Below, piece after piece: positions 1-8,693 of a DNA stretch of 64,000 nt. Positions within the stretch are counted from its first letter, which is position 1. The number at the start of each line of letters is the position of its first letter. A program made the position numbers and the translations under genes. Location of the stretch: contig CAXXGO010000003.1 of assembly GCA_963666835.2 (NCBI GenBank), forward strand, positions 256,001-320,000, written 5' to 3'. The stretch comes from Phycisphaerae bacterium (GTDB lineage Bacteria; Planctomycetota; Phycisphaerae; UBA1845). The notes beneath the pieces are model-generated. The model saw only the letters and a list, made by a program, of their open reading frames with translations, made no database searches and was not told the origin of the DNA.

Positions 1-646
1 CCAAGCGACTTAGCAACTCCTGCCGCTGTACCGCCACCTCGCGCTGATCGTGCGCGAGCTGCTCCTGAAGGGCGGCGAGAGCCGCCCGGGTCTCACTCAG
101 CTCGGTAGCGTATGACTCCAGTTGCTCCTCGCGCGCGGCCAAGCTCTGCTCTCGTCGTTCCAGTGCGAGCCGCTGCGGCTCGAGCTCGCGCAACTGCTCC
201 GCGATTCTCTGCTCTGACAGGCTGACGGTCCGCTCCCGCTCAGTCAGATCGGAGTTCTTGGCAATGTACTCCTGCCGTTCCGCGGCGCAAGCCTCCTGCT
301 GCTCCGCAAGTTGCTTGCTTCGTGCGTTCAGTTCCTCCAGCTCGGCGAGAATGGCCGGCTTCTCTTCCTCGATTTGCTGGAAGGCCGACTCGACCTCCCG
401 GCGTCGAGCGGCGAGTTCCTTTTCCTTGGCTGCCAGATCCGCCTGTTGACTCTCCAGTACCGAACGCTGCTCGTCCAGAGCGGCCAGCTCTTCAGATAGC
501 TCGGTTCGCTCCTGCTCCATCTGCTCGCGCTCGGCCAGCATCGATTGAGCTTCTTGGTGGAGCTGCTGACGGACCGTCTTCAGCGCCGCCAATGCCTCTT
601 GGGCCAGTTCCGGGATTTCGCCGGAGCCCAACGGACATTCAGGCAC
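1..646 (-). CDS. Coiled-coil protein, 5' part only (runs off the window edge; not in ORF track)
   Basis: Manual translation from GTG at 646 gives an open frame to base 1 (MPECPLGSGEIPELAQEALAALKTVRQQLHQEAQSMLAEREQMEQERTELSEELAALDEQ...QRQELLSRL), E/Q/R/L/A-rich with heptad character. Start uncertain (in-frame TTG at 673). Confidence 0.8.
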   Translation of the reverse strand, partial: MPECPLGSGEIPELAQEALAALKTVRQQLHQEAQSMLAEREQMEQERTELSEELAALDEQRSVLESQQADLAAKEKELAARRREVESAFQQIEEEKPAILAELEELNARSKQLAEQQEACAAERQEYIAKNSDLTERERTVSLSEQRIAEQLRELEPQRLALERREQSLAAREEQLESYATELSETRAALAALQEQLAHDQREVAVQRQELLSRL

Positions 647-1103
647 CTCGGTTCTTGGTGGCTGTGAGTTCAAACGAGATCCTCGTTTCTGGCGACCGCG
701 CCGGACCCGCGGGTCGAACCCGTTGTTCAGAAGTTTCCAGAACGGGGCATATCCCCTTGAAGCCTAATCGGCCCGCGAGGTCGCCCAGCTTACCAAACCG
801 TACGATATGGTGAGCAGGGTGCCTACTTTGGTGCCAGGGGATACGGGACTTTCATCTGGTTACCGCCCGCAACGGTTGCTTTCGGACCTGAGAAACCAGG
901 ACGCACGAAGACAACTTGTTAAAGGACCTGCCGGACGAAGACGGTGCAAGCTGCGCGCCTTACGCCCGATGAAATGTACACTTGGCATGACCCCCCTGAA
1001 GCGCATCGTCATCGTTCGCTCGTTGGGAGCGTCGGGCGTTTCGAGCAACGGGCCGGGGACCCAACCGGAGCCCTTTCTCCGGAAACCTGATTCTGCGCAC
1101 GCG

Positions 1104-4100
1104 ATGAAAGACGAACCTATGGTGCGAAACAGTTCCGCGTTGGAGGCGTTAGCGGCGGCTGACTCGGCCGTTGAGGCGCTGGAGCAGGCGTTGACCGGCC
1201 AAGAGTCGCGCATAGCGGCCTGGTCGCAGGACTTCCGCGAGCAGTTGACGAAGCAGGCCGAGCTGCGCGAGGCGGATGTCCAGCGGCGGATGAACGAGAT
1301 TGGACAACGCGAATCCGAACTAGTCCGCGAACGGGAAGAGCTGGTGGCGGCCACCGTCAAGGTTGAGTCGCTGATCGAGAAATCGCGGGATGAAGAGATT
1401 GCCTGGCGGAGCCGCGAGGCGGAACTGGCGGCGGCTACGCAAGAGTTAGCGGAACGGGGGGAATTGCTGCAGGCGCGGGAGCGCGAGATTGAAGAACGCG
1501 CGCAGAATGAACGAGATGAGCTTCGTGAACTTGGCGAATCAACGGCGGAAGCGCGGAGGCAACTGGAGTCGGACCAGAACGCCCTTCGCCAAGCACAGGC
1601 TGACGTTGAAGAGTGGCTCGCCGACCTGTCACAACGCCGGCAGCAACTGGCGGAGGCCGAGGATTTGTTGGCTAGCGGCCGAGCGGATCTCGAGTCGCAG
1701 ACTGCTGAGGTGGCCCGTCGGGCCGACGAGTTGGCCAAGTTCAAGCGGCAGCTCCGCAGCTTCGAAGAGGAAAGCAAGAAACGTATCGCGGAGCAGGACG
1801 CCCGCGAGGCTGATCTTCAGAAGCGAGAGCAGGAGCTGACATCCCGGGCGGATGAGCTGGATACTGTCGCGGGGCAGCGCCGGTCCGTCTTGGACAAGCT
1901 GGAGCAGGAGTTGGCCTCGGCGAACGAGGAGATCTCCGCGCAACGTGAGCAAGCATCGCTGGAAACGCAGAAGGTCAGCGAACTGCAGGCCGAGCTCGAA
2001 CAGCGCGAGCAGGAGTTGGAAAGCCGGGCGGCCGAGCTGCGGGCTGTCGAAGCCCGTCACGAGCAAGCCGCAGCGCAGCGGAAGGAAGCGGAACAGAGAC
2101 TCGCCTTAGAGCAAGAGCAGTTGGAGTCCATCCGGAGCGAGCTCGACGAACGCGCCGCCGCAGCGGCTGCCGGCGAGGACGAACTCCAGAAGCGTCTTAC
2201 CCAAGTCACCGCCCGGGAGAGCGAGATCGCTGCCCGGGGCGAACAAGTCAGGCAAGCCGAACAGGAGCTGGAGAATCGCTGCGGAGAATTGCAGCGGCAG
2301 GCGGACGAGTTCGGCGAGCGAATCGCAGAGTATCAGGCATCGTCCGAGCAACTTGCGGCCCGGCAGGCCCAGGCTAGGGAAAACGAAGCGGACGTCGCCA
2401 GGCGCATTGAGGAGCTGGAGAAACGTCGGGCCGCTCTGGAGCAGGACCGCGCCCGTTTCGAGCAGGCCCACTCTGCGGATGCAAAAGACCTGGAAGAAGC
2501 ACGCCGCGCCGTTGCCGAAGAGAGGGAGGGGCTCGCTACGGAGCGGAGTGCCCTGGCGCAACGTGCTGCGGAGTTGGACGATCTGAGGGACGCCCTGGAT
2601 CGCGATTCGCAGGAGCTGAAGGACTCCCGGGCCGCTGTTGAAGGGGAGTGCGACGCTGAGCGCCGGTCCGTCCTGGCGGAAAGGGAGCGGCTTGCCGAGG
2701 AGCAGGCTGCGCTAGAACAGCAGGCGACACAACTTGAACGTCGGCGTGCCGAACTGGCGGAAGAAGCCGAAGCCGCCCGAGCGGCCGGGGAAGCTGAACT
2801 TGGCCGGGAACGCGGGGGGCTGGCCGAAGAACGCCGGCGCATTCAAGTCGACCGGGATGCGGCCAAGGAACGGGAAGCAGCGTTGGTCGCGCTGCAGCAG
2901 GAGCTTGGTGAGCGAGAGGCTCGGATCGAGTCCGCTCGCAAAGACGGCGCTGCCGAATTAGCCCAGGCGCGCGAGGCGTTTGCCGAGGAGCAGCAGGCTC
3001 TGGCCGCCGAGAAGACTGCGTTTGCGGAAAGGTCCGCCGAGCTGGATGAACGGCAGGCCGACCTGGAGAGGAGAATACAGGAGGAGGAGAAGAGCCGGGC
3101 AGCGCACGAGCAAGAGATTGGATTGCTCCGCCAGGCGCTGTCCCAGGAACAGGAACAACTGGAGTTGGCGCGCGAGAAGTTCCAACAGCGCGATGCGGAG
3201 TCGCAGCGTATTCGGACGGCTCTGGCTGAAGAACGCGGCCAAGTAGACTCTGCCCGCGAAGCTCTCGAAGGAAAGAGCGCGGGTATCAAGGAGCAGCAAG
3301 CGCAGCTCGAAGCCGACCGGGCGGAGTTCGAGAAGGCTATTGCCCAGGATAGGGCGGCTATTCAGCAGGAGCAAGAGACTCTAGCTGCTGACCGTCAACA
3401 GTCTGACACTGAGCGAACGGTTCTGGAAAGACGGGCGCGCGAGCTGGATGAGTTCGAGGTCGAACTGGATCGCCGTAACGAGGAGCTGATCGGCGGTCAC
3501 AAGGCCGGATCCGCCGAGCTGCAGGAGCGGCAGCGGGAGTTGGCGGCGGCGAAGAAAGCTCTCTCGGCAGAGCGAACGCAGCTCGAAAAGCGGTCCGGGG
3601 AGTTGGCCGCAGTGCGGTTAGAACTCAAGGCTCGGACCCAGGAGATCGAGGCGAAGAACGCCGAATACGCCGCCCAGCTTGAGCAGGGACAGCGGGAACT
3701 GGCCGACGCCCGTGCCGAGCTGGACACGGAGCGCACGGCGCTAGCCAAACGAACCGCGGAACTGGACGAGCTTCGCGCCGAGCTTACCGAGCAGAAGCAG
3801 GAAGTCGAGAATGCCGCCCGCTCGGCGGAGTCCGCCGTCGAGGCAAAGCACCTGGAGCTTGCCGAACATCGGTCCCAACTCGAGGCCGAACAGGCCGAGC
3901 TGAACAAGCGAGCTGCGGATGTGGAACAGCAGCACGAGGAGCTGAAGCGGCAGGCGGCCGAAATCGTGGAGACGCGCACGGTCTCCGCCACCGAGCTGGA
4001 CGCCGAACGCGCCTCTATCAAAGAACGAGAGGCGGCCGTCCAAGCCGAGCTCGAGTCGTTGAAGAAGCAAAGCGTCGAGTTGGAGTCATCTCGCGAAGAG

Positions 4101-5369
4101 CTAAACCGGCGGCTCGCGGAAGTGGAAGAGAGTGCGGCGTCCAAGGACTCTCAACTGAAGCAGGCAAGAGAAGCGGTGGCTGCGGCCCGCCAAGACTGCG
4201 AGAACCGTGAGGCTGCGCTCGCTCAACGTACTGCGGAGCTTGACGGTCTGCGGGAAGATCTCGAGCGAAAAGCGGAAGAAGCCGCACAGACTCAGACTGC
4301 GGTACACGCCGAGATGGAGGAGCTGCGCCGGGCCGTGGAAAACGACCGCAAGCGGCTTGATGCGGAACGAGCGGAACTACAGGACGGACGGGCTGCCCTG
4401 GAAAGCGCTCGGGCTCAGATCGACGCGCTTCGACAGGCAGAGAGTGACAGCGTAGCGTCAGCCAACGGTCGGATCCGTCAGATGGAAGGCGAAATCGAGG
4501 CCCTCGGGGAGGAACTCAAGACCGCCAAAGCTCACACCGTTGAGTTGGAACAGGCTTGGGAGGCGGCGGAACAGGCTCAAGAGACGGGTGGTGAGGAGCT
4601 AAGTCAGGCTCGTGCCGAGTGCGTGGCTCTTCGCGAACAGATTGAGCAGGAGCAAAGCCAAGCCGCCGATTTTCTGGCAGCGATCGAAGAGCGTGAGCAG
4701 AGAATCGCGCATCTTGAAGAGGAAGCGATTCAGAAGGAACAGGAGCAAGCGGATCGGGGGGATGAAAACGCGGGCACCCCGATCGACGAGCGCAAGAGCC
4801 GCTTGGCAAGCCATGCGGCCATTGGGGCGTTCTGGCAGAGTCTCGAAGCGACCGCGGAAGAACCGGCGCCAAGCGAGCCAACCGCCCGGATCGACTCCTC
4901 GGCGATGATGGAACTTGCGGTTCTCGAAGAGTCGGATGATAGCGGTCAGCCTGTTGACGAGGGTGAACGGGGAGAGGCCGGCGAGGATTCAATTGACGTC
5001 AGCCAAGCAGCGGCAATGAAGGAAGCCTTAGCAGCGGCGAAGGCGGAGTTGGAGGCGGCCAATGAAGAGCCGGCGCCGGGGATGTCGGTGGAAGAGGTCC
5101 AGAACTTGCCCGAACACGAGACCGCGTCGGAACCTCTGAAGTTCACCGCCGACCTGGCCGGCAACGTTCCGGAAGAACCGGTAACACCGCCCGCTCCCGC
5201 TGCGGTCGAGGAAGAACCCGAGCTAACGCCCGAAGTCGCCATGAAACTGAAGCTGCTCAAGCGACTGCAACCGGGGAAGTCTACGAAGGAACTGCTGGCG
5301 CAGATCGAGGCCGAAAAACCGGCGCAGGCCGCCGCGAAGGGCAAGAAACGCTGGTTCGGCCGCAAGTGA
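1104..5369 (+). CDS. Giant coiled-coil protein (~1421 aa) with acidic Pro-rich linker and basic/aromatic C-terminal tail
   Basis: ORF 807..5369; coiled-coil composition starts near ATG 1104/1119. About 1220 aa with no proline, no Walker A motif and no TM segment. Ends KGKKRWFGRK. Confidence 0.85.
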   Translation: MKDEPMVRNSSALEALAAADSAVEALEQALTGQESRIAAWSQDFREQLTKQAELREADVQRRMNEIGQRESELVREREELVAATVKVESLIEKSRDEEIAWRSREAELAAATQELAERGELLQAREREIEERAQNERDELRELGESTAEARRQLESDQNALRQAQADVEEWLADLSQRRQQLAEAEDLLASGRADLESQTAEVARRADELAKFKRQLRSFEEESKKRIAEQDAREADLQKREQELTSRADELDTVAGQRRSVLDKLEQELASANEEISAQREQASLETQKVSELQAELEQREQELESRAAELRAVEARHEQAAAQRKEAEQRLALEQEQLESIRSELDERAAAAAAGEDELQKRLTQVTARESEIAARGEQVRQAEQELENRCGELQRQADEFGERIAEYQASSEQLAARQAQARENEADVARRIEELEKRRAALEQDRARFEQAHSADAKDLEEARRAVAEEREGLATERSALAQRAAELDDLRDALDRDSQELKDSRAAVEGECDAERRSVLAERERLAEEQAALEQQATQLERRRAELAEEAEAARAAGEAELGRERGGLAEERRRIQVDRDAAKEREAALVALQQELGEREARIESARKDGAAELAQAREAFAEEQQALAAEKTAFAERSAELDERQADLERRIQEEEKSRAAHEQEIGLLRQALSQEQEQLELAREKFQQRDAESQRIRTALAEERGQVDSAREALEGKSAGIKEQQAQLEADRAEFEKAIAQDRAAIQQEQETLAADRQQSDTERTVLERRARELDEFEVELDRRNEELIGGHKAGSAELQERQRELAAAKKALSAERTQLEKRSGELAAVRLELKARTQEIEAKNAEYAAQLEQGQRELADARAELDTERTALAKRTAELDELRAELTEQKQEVENAARSAESAVEAKHLELAEHRSQLEAEQAELNKRAADVEQQHEELKRQAAEIVETRTVSATELDAERASIKEREAAVQAELESLKKQSVELESSREELNRRLAEVEESAASKDSQLKQAREAVAAARQDCENREAALAQRTAELDGLREDLERKAEEAAQTQTAVHAEMEELRRAVENDRKRLDAERAELQDGRAALESARAQIDALRQAESDSVASANGRIRQMEGEIEALGEELKTAKAHTVELEQAWEAAEQAQETGGEELSQARAECVALREQIEQEQSQAADFLAAIEEREQRIAHLEEEAIQKEQEQADRGDENAGTPIDERKSRLASHAAIGAFWQSLEATAEEPAPSEPTARIDSSAMMELAVLEESDDSGQPVDEGERGEAGEDSIDVSQAAAMKEALAAAKAELEAANEEPAPGMSVEEVQNLPEHETASEPLKFTADLAGNVPEEPVTPPAPAAVEEEPELTPEVAMKLKLLKRLQPGKSTKELLAQIEAEKPAQAAAKGKKRWFGRK

Positions 5370-5411
5370 CCGGTCCTTGCCGGGGGCACCGGGCCGGCAG
5401 GGGCGTTGCTG

Positions 5412-6026
5412 TTATGACCGCAGAATAGCGCGCACGGGACTGCCGTCGAACCCGACGAGCTTCAAAGGCAATGCTATTAGTTCGTACATGCCATCGGGAA
5501 CATCCTGCAGTATGAGTCCCTCAAGAATCGCCATGTCATGGGCAACCGCGGCCTTGTGGGCGGGCATCGTATCCGCATCGCAGGGGTCGACGCTGGGCGT
5601 GTCCACCCCGATGAGTTTGACCCCGTTCTTGCCCAGCGAGGCGATAAGAGCCGGCTGCAGGGCAACGTAATCCTCGTTGAATTTGCTCGGGTCGGGGTAA
5701 GACCCCGTTGCGAAGAGCACTCGCTCCGCCTCGATAGGGACGTTGATGTCACTCAAAGCGATCAGCCCGCCGCGCGGCACATCAACCGAGATAACCTGGC
5801 ACTGCCCCAGGTAATGCGTCAAAGGCCGCTCGTCGATGCTGGGCGTTCCGTCGGATATGTGACTCGGCGCGTCCGCATGTGCCCCGAGGTGGACCGTTGT
5901 GTGCAACGCGGACAGCGTTGAATGATCGCCCCGGGCGATCTCTCGGAGCACCTCTCGCACCGGTGGGGGATCCCCCGGCCAGACCGCCAGCGAAGGACCG
6001 ATTGGCGGACTAATGTCGTAGATCAT
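5412..6026 (-). CDS. kynB: Cyclase family protein / kynurenine formamidase (KynB-like)
   Basis: HLGAHADAPSH metal motif, GVDTPSVD, ILEGL, ALPLKLVGFDGSPVRA. GGAGG RBS before ATG 6026. Confidence 0.8.
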   Translation of the reverse strand: MIYDISPPIGPSLAVWPGDPPPVREVLREIARGDHSTLSALHTTVHLGAHADAPSHISDGTPSIDERPLTHYLGQCQVISVDVPRGGLIALSDINVPIEAERVLFATGSYPDPSKFNEDYVALQPALIASLGKNGVKLIGVDTPSVDPCDADTMPAHKAAVAHDMAILEGLILQDVPDGMYELIALPLKLVGFDGSPVRAILRS

Positions 6027-6047
6027 GTCTGCCTCCATCCGTGTTCT

Positions 6048-6130
6048 TGAAGAAGGGGACTGGCTCCGAGCTGATTCCCACTTACGGTATCACGGGACGC
6101 TATCGGCGAGGTGCCTGTACCCTATCTCAA
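6048..6130. repeat. Degenerate REP-like inverted-repeat element
   Basis: TTGAAGAAGGGGACTGGC (6048-6065) matches the reverse complement of GCCTGTACCCTATCTCAA (6113-6130) at 13/18 positions; intergenic. Confidence 0.5.
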
Positions 6131-6298
6131 CGGACTGCTATATCTGTTTTGGATTATAAGACCCTCGGCGTTTGCCGTCGAACGGTTCAATGAGTCCGCT
6201 GCCGCTCTCGACAGCAAGCGATTACCGCCGGACAATCTCCGCAGATACCGGGGATAGGGTGTACAAGGGGCACGAAAACACGAGGTCTGTTGCCGCAG

Positions 6299-7249
6299 AT
6301 GAGTAAGCAGGATGGAACAACGACGGGCGGATCGTACCTTTGTGGGGTGCTGCTGCTCTTGTTGGCCGCGTTGCTGTGGAGCCTTAACGGTGCGTTGATT
6401 AAGCTGATTAACGCGGAGGGGGCGGGTCCGAATGCCGTAACGATTGCGTTCTCCCGGTCTCTCGTTGCCGGCCTATTCTTGCTGCCGCTTGCTCGGGGGA
6501 AGCTGCACACGTTAAGACATCCGTCCGGTTCCCGTGAATGGCTCGGACTCCGTCCTGCAGCGGTTTGCTGTACGGTGTTCTTCGCGCTCATGTCGGTCGC
6601 CTTCGTGGTTGCCAACACCCAGACCGAGGCCGCAAACGCCATAATCCTGCAGTATACCTCGACTTTTTGGGTTTTTGGTTTGTCACCGTGGCTTCTGAAG
6701 GAGCGGCCCAGGCGACGCGATTCCTGGATCCTGATGTTGGCGGTTGCCGGGATCGCGATCATCTTTTTGGGTAACGCGGATACGGACCTGTTTGGGCTGG
6801 TAGTCGGCCTGGGGGCGGGGGTGTTCTTTGCGTTGCTGACAATCATGATCCGGCGTCTTCGCGATGCGGATTCGGCCGCGGTGGTCGTGCTGAACAACCT
6901 GGGCTCGGCGGCTTTGATTCTGCCCCTGGTGGTGATTATGGGGGCAGGGCCGATGTCGACCCGATCCGTCGTACTGCTCGCGATCATGGGGGTTGTGCAA
7001 TTCGGGCTGCCGTATTACTTCTACTCCAGGGGGTTGGTTCGAGTTCCGGCGTATCAGGCCGCGCTGATCACCATGGCCGAGCCGATCCTGGTGCCGGTGT
7101 GGACGTACCTGGCGGTAGGCGAGCGGGTACCGGTCTCGACGTTGAGCGGGGGTAGTGTTATTCTGCTGGCGTTGGCTTTGTTTGTGTGGACTGCGGGACG
7201 GGGCGGCGGCGCACCTGATGTCGAAAGAGTGACAGGAACGGACGGATGA
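6299..7249 (+). CDS. DMT/EamA family transporter
   Basis: About 10 hydrophobic segments in two EamA-like halves (ANAIILQYTS, LLKER, AEPILVPVWTYLAVGE). Stop overlaps the next ATG (ATGA). Confidence 0.85.
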   Translation: MSKQDGTTTGGSYLCGVLLLLLAALLWSLNGALIKLINAEGAGPNAVTIAFSRSLVAGLFLLPLARGKLHTLRHPSGSREWLGLRPAAVCCTVFFALMSVAFVVANTQTEAANAIILQYTSTFWVFGLSPWLLKERPRRRDSWILMLAVAGIAIIFLGNADTDLFGLVVGLGAGVFFALLTIMIRRLRDADSAAVVVLNNLGSAALILPLVVIMGAGPMSTRSVVLLAIMGVVQFGLPYYFYSRGLVRVPAYQAALITMAEPILVPVWTYLAVGERVPVSTLSGGSVILLALALFVWTAGRGGGAPDVERVTGTDG

Positions 7250-8388
7250 AGAAGAAAGCGATTGTGCTCGGTTGCGGGCTGGTAGGGGCCACGATGGCTC
7301 GGGACTTGGCAACGGATGCGGATTATGAAGTCGCTGTAGCCGACATCAGTAGCCGTAACTTGCGCAAGTTGGAGTCGCAGCCGGGCGTCCGAAAGCTGGA
7401 GATCGACCTGAGCGACGCTTCTCGGATTGCCACGGTGATTCGCGATTATGACATTGTCGTGTCGGGCTTGCCCAGCACCTTCGGTTTCCAGACGTTGCGG
7501 GCGGCAATCGAGTGCGGCAAACCGTACTGCGACATCTCGTTCATGCCCGAGGACGCCATGGAGTTGGACGATCTCGCCAAGAGTCACGGGGCGACCGCAA
7601 TTGTTGACTGCGGCGTGGCACCGGGATTGTCGAACCTAATAGTCGGGCACACAATCGGGTTGTTGGATCGCGCGGATTCGATTGCGATCTACGTAGGCGG
7701 GTTGCCCAAGGCTCGCCGCTGGCCCTTCGACTACAAAGCTCCGTTTGCCCCGGGTGATGTGCTGGAGGAGTACACCCGTCCGGCGCGGATGGTCGAGCAT
7801 GGCAAGATTGTGGTAAAGCCCGCGCTTTCCGAACCCGAGCTGCTCGATTTCGCCCGCGTGGGAACGCTCGAGGCTTTCAATACCGACGGGTTGCGGAGCC
7901 TGCTTAATACCGTCAAGGTCCCCAATATGCTCGAGAAGACGTTGCGCTACCCAGGGCATGTGGAGGTAATGCGCGTCTTTCGCGAGACCGGTTTCTTCGA
8001 GAAACAAGCAATCGACGTGGGCGGAGTCATGGTTCGCCCGCTCGACGTAACCTCGAAGCTGCTGTTTCCGAAGTGGCTGCACGAAGAGGGTGAAGAGGAG
8101 TTCACCGTGCTGCGGGTCATTGTGGAGGGCGTCAAAGACGATAAGTCGGTGCGCTACACCTATGACTTGTACGACGAGTATGATAGCAAGACCGGAACCT
8201 CGTCCATGGCCCGGACAACGGGCTTTCCGGCGGTTATCCTGGCCCGCATGGTCGCGCGGGGGGAATTCCGGGAGCCCGGGGTTTTTCCGCCGGAGCTACT
8301 AGCCCCGCATAACGGGCTGTTTGACAATCTCATCCGCGAGCTCGCGGCGCGCGGGGTCAGAATCTCCACGGACGTCGAATACGCCTAG
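7246..8388 (+). CDS. Saccharopine dehydrogenase / lysine 6-dehydrogenase family oxidoreductase
   Basis: N-terminal Rossmann GCGLVG, DCGVAPGLSN, YVGGLP, LEAFNTDGLRSL, EKTLRYPGH, SSMARTTG. Confidence 0.85.
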   Translation: MKKKAIVLGCGLVGATMARDLATDADYEVAVADISSRNLRKLESQPGVRKLEIDLSDASRIATVIRDYDIVVSGLPSTFGFQTLRAAIECGKPYCDISFMPEDAMELDDLAKSHGATAIVDCGVAPGLSNLIVGHTIGLLDRADSIAIYVGGLPKARRWPFDYKAPFAPGDVLEEYTRPARMVEHGKIVVKPALSEPELLDFARVGTLEAFNTDGLRSLLNTVKVPNMLEKTLRYPGHVEVMRVFRETGFFEKQAIDVGGVMVRPLDVTSKLLFPKWLHEEGEEEFTVLRVIVEGVKDDKSVRYTYDLYDEYDSKTGTSSMARTTGFPAVILARMVARGEFREPGVFPPELLAPHNGLFDNLIRELAARGVRISTDVEYA

Positions 8389-8440
8389 TCTTGACAGGCG
8401 AGCGGGAACGCGCTGTGGAGAACCGAGGACGGTTGAGGCG

Positions 8441-8524
8441 TTAACGGTCGGGGCCGACCACGCCGTCGTACACCAGGCATGCCACCGCGGCAAAGTACGC
8501 TATCCCGACGATGACTTGTAGCAT
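8441..8524 (-). CDS. Putative 27-aa single-TM small protein (MLQVIVGIAYFAAVACLVYDGVVGPDR)
   Basis: Perfect AGGAGG (8531-8536) 6 nt before ATG 8524; hydrophobic stretch of ~18 aa; lies in otherwise intergenic DNA. Confidence 0.55.
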   Translation of the reverse strand: MLQVIVGIAYFAAVACLVYDGVVGPDR

Positions 8525-8693
8525 GGTCAGCCTCCTATTGGCGAAAAAAGCTTGGTCTCTCTCCTCTTCGGCAGATGACGTGTGCAAACACCAGCCTATG
8601 TCGGTCCGGCCGGTCGTATCGCCGGGTGCCGGCCTCGACTTGTCGTGCCGGGACGCAGCTTCGTTCGGCAGTCCCGGCGCCGTCAGGCCCGGC

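Noticed and set aside
807..1103. N-terminal 99-aa extension of the 1520-aa ORF
   Set aside because: Composition (Arg/Pro/Gly-rich) is unlike the rest of the protein; probably non-coding spacer between the divergent genes.
1104..5369. SMC/SbcC or phage tape-measure annotation for the giant coiled coil
   Set aside because: No Walker A/B, signature or hinge motifs, and no phage genes nearby.
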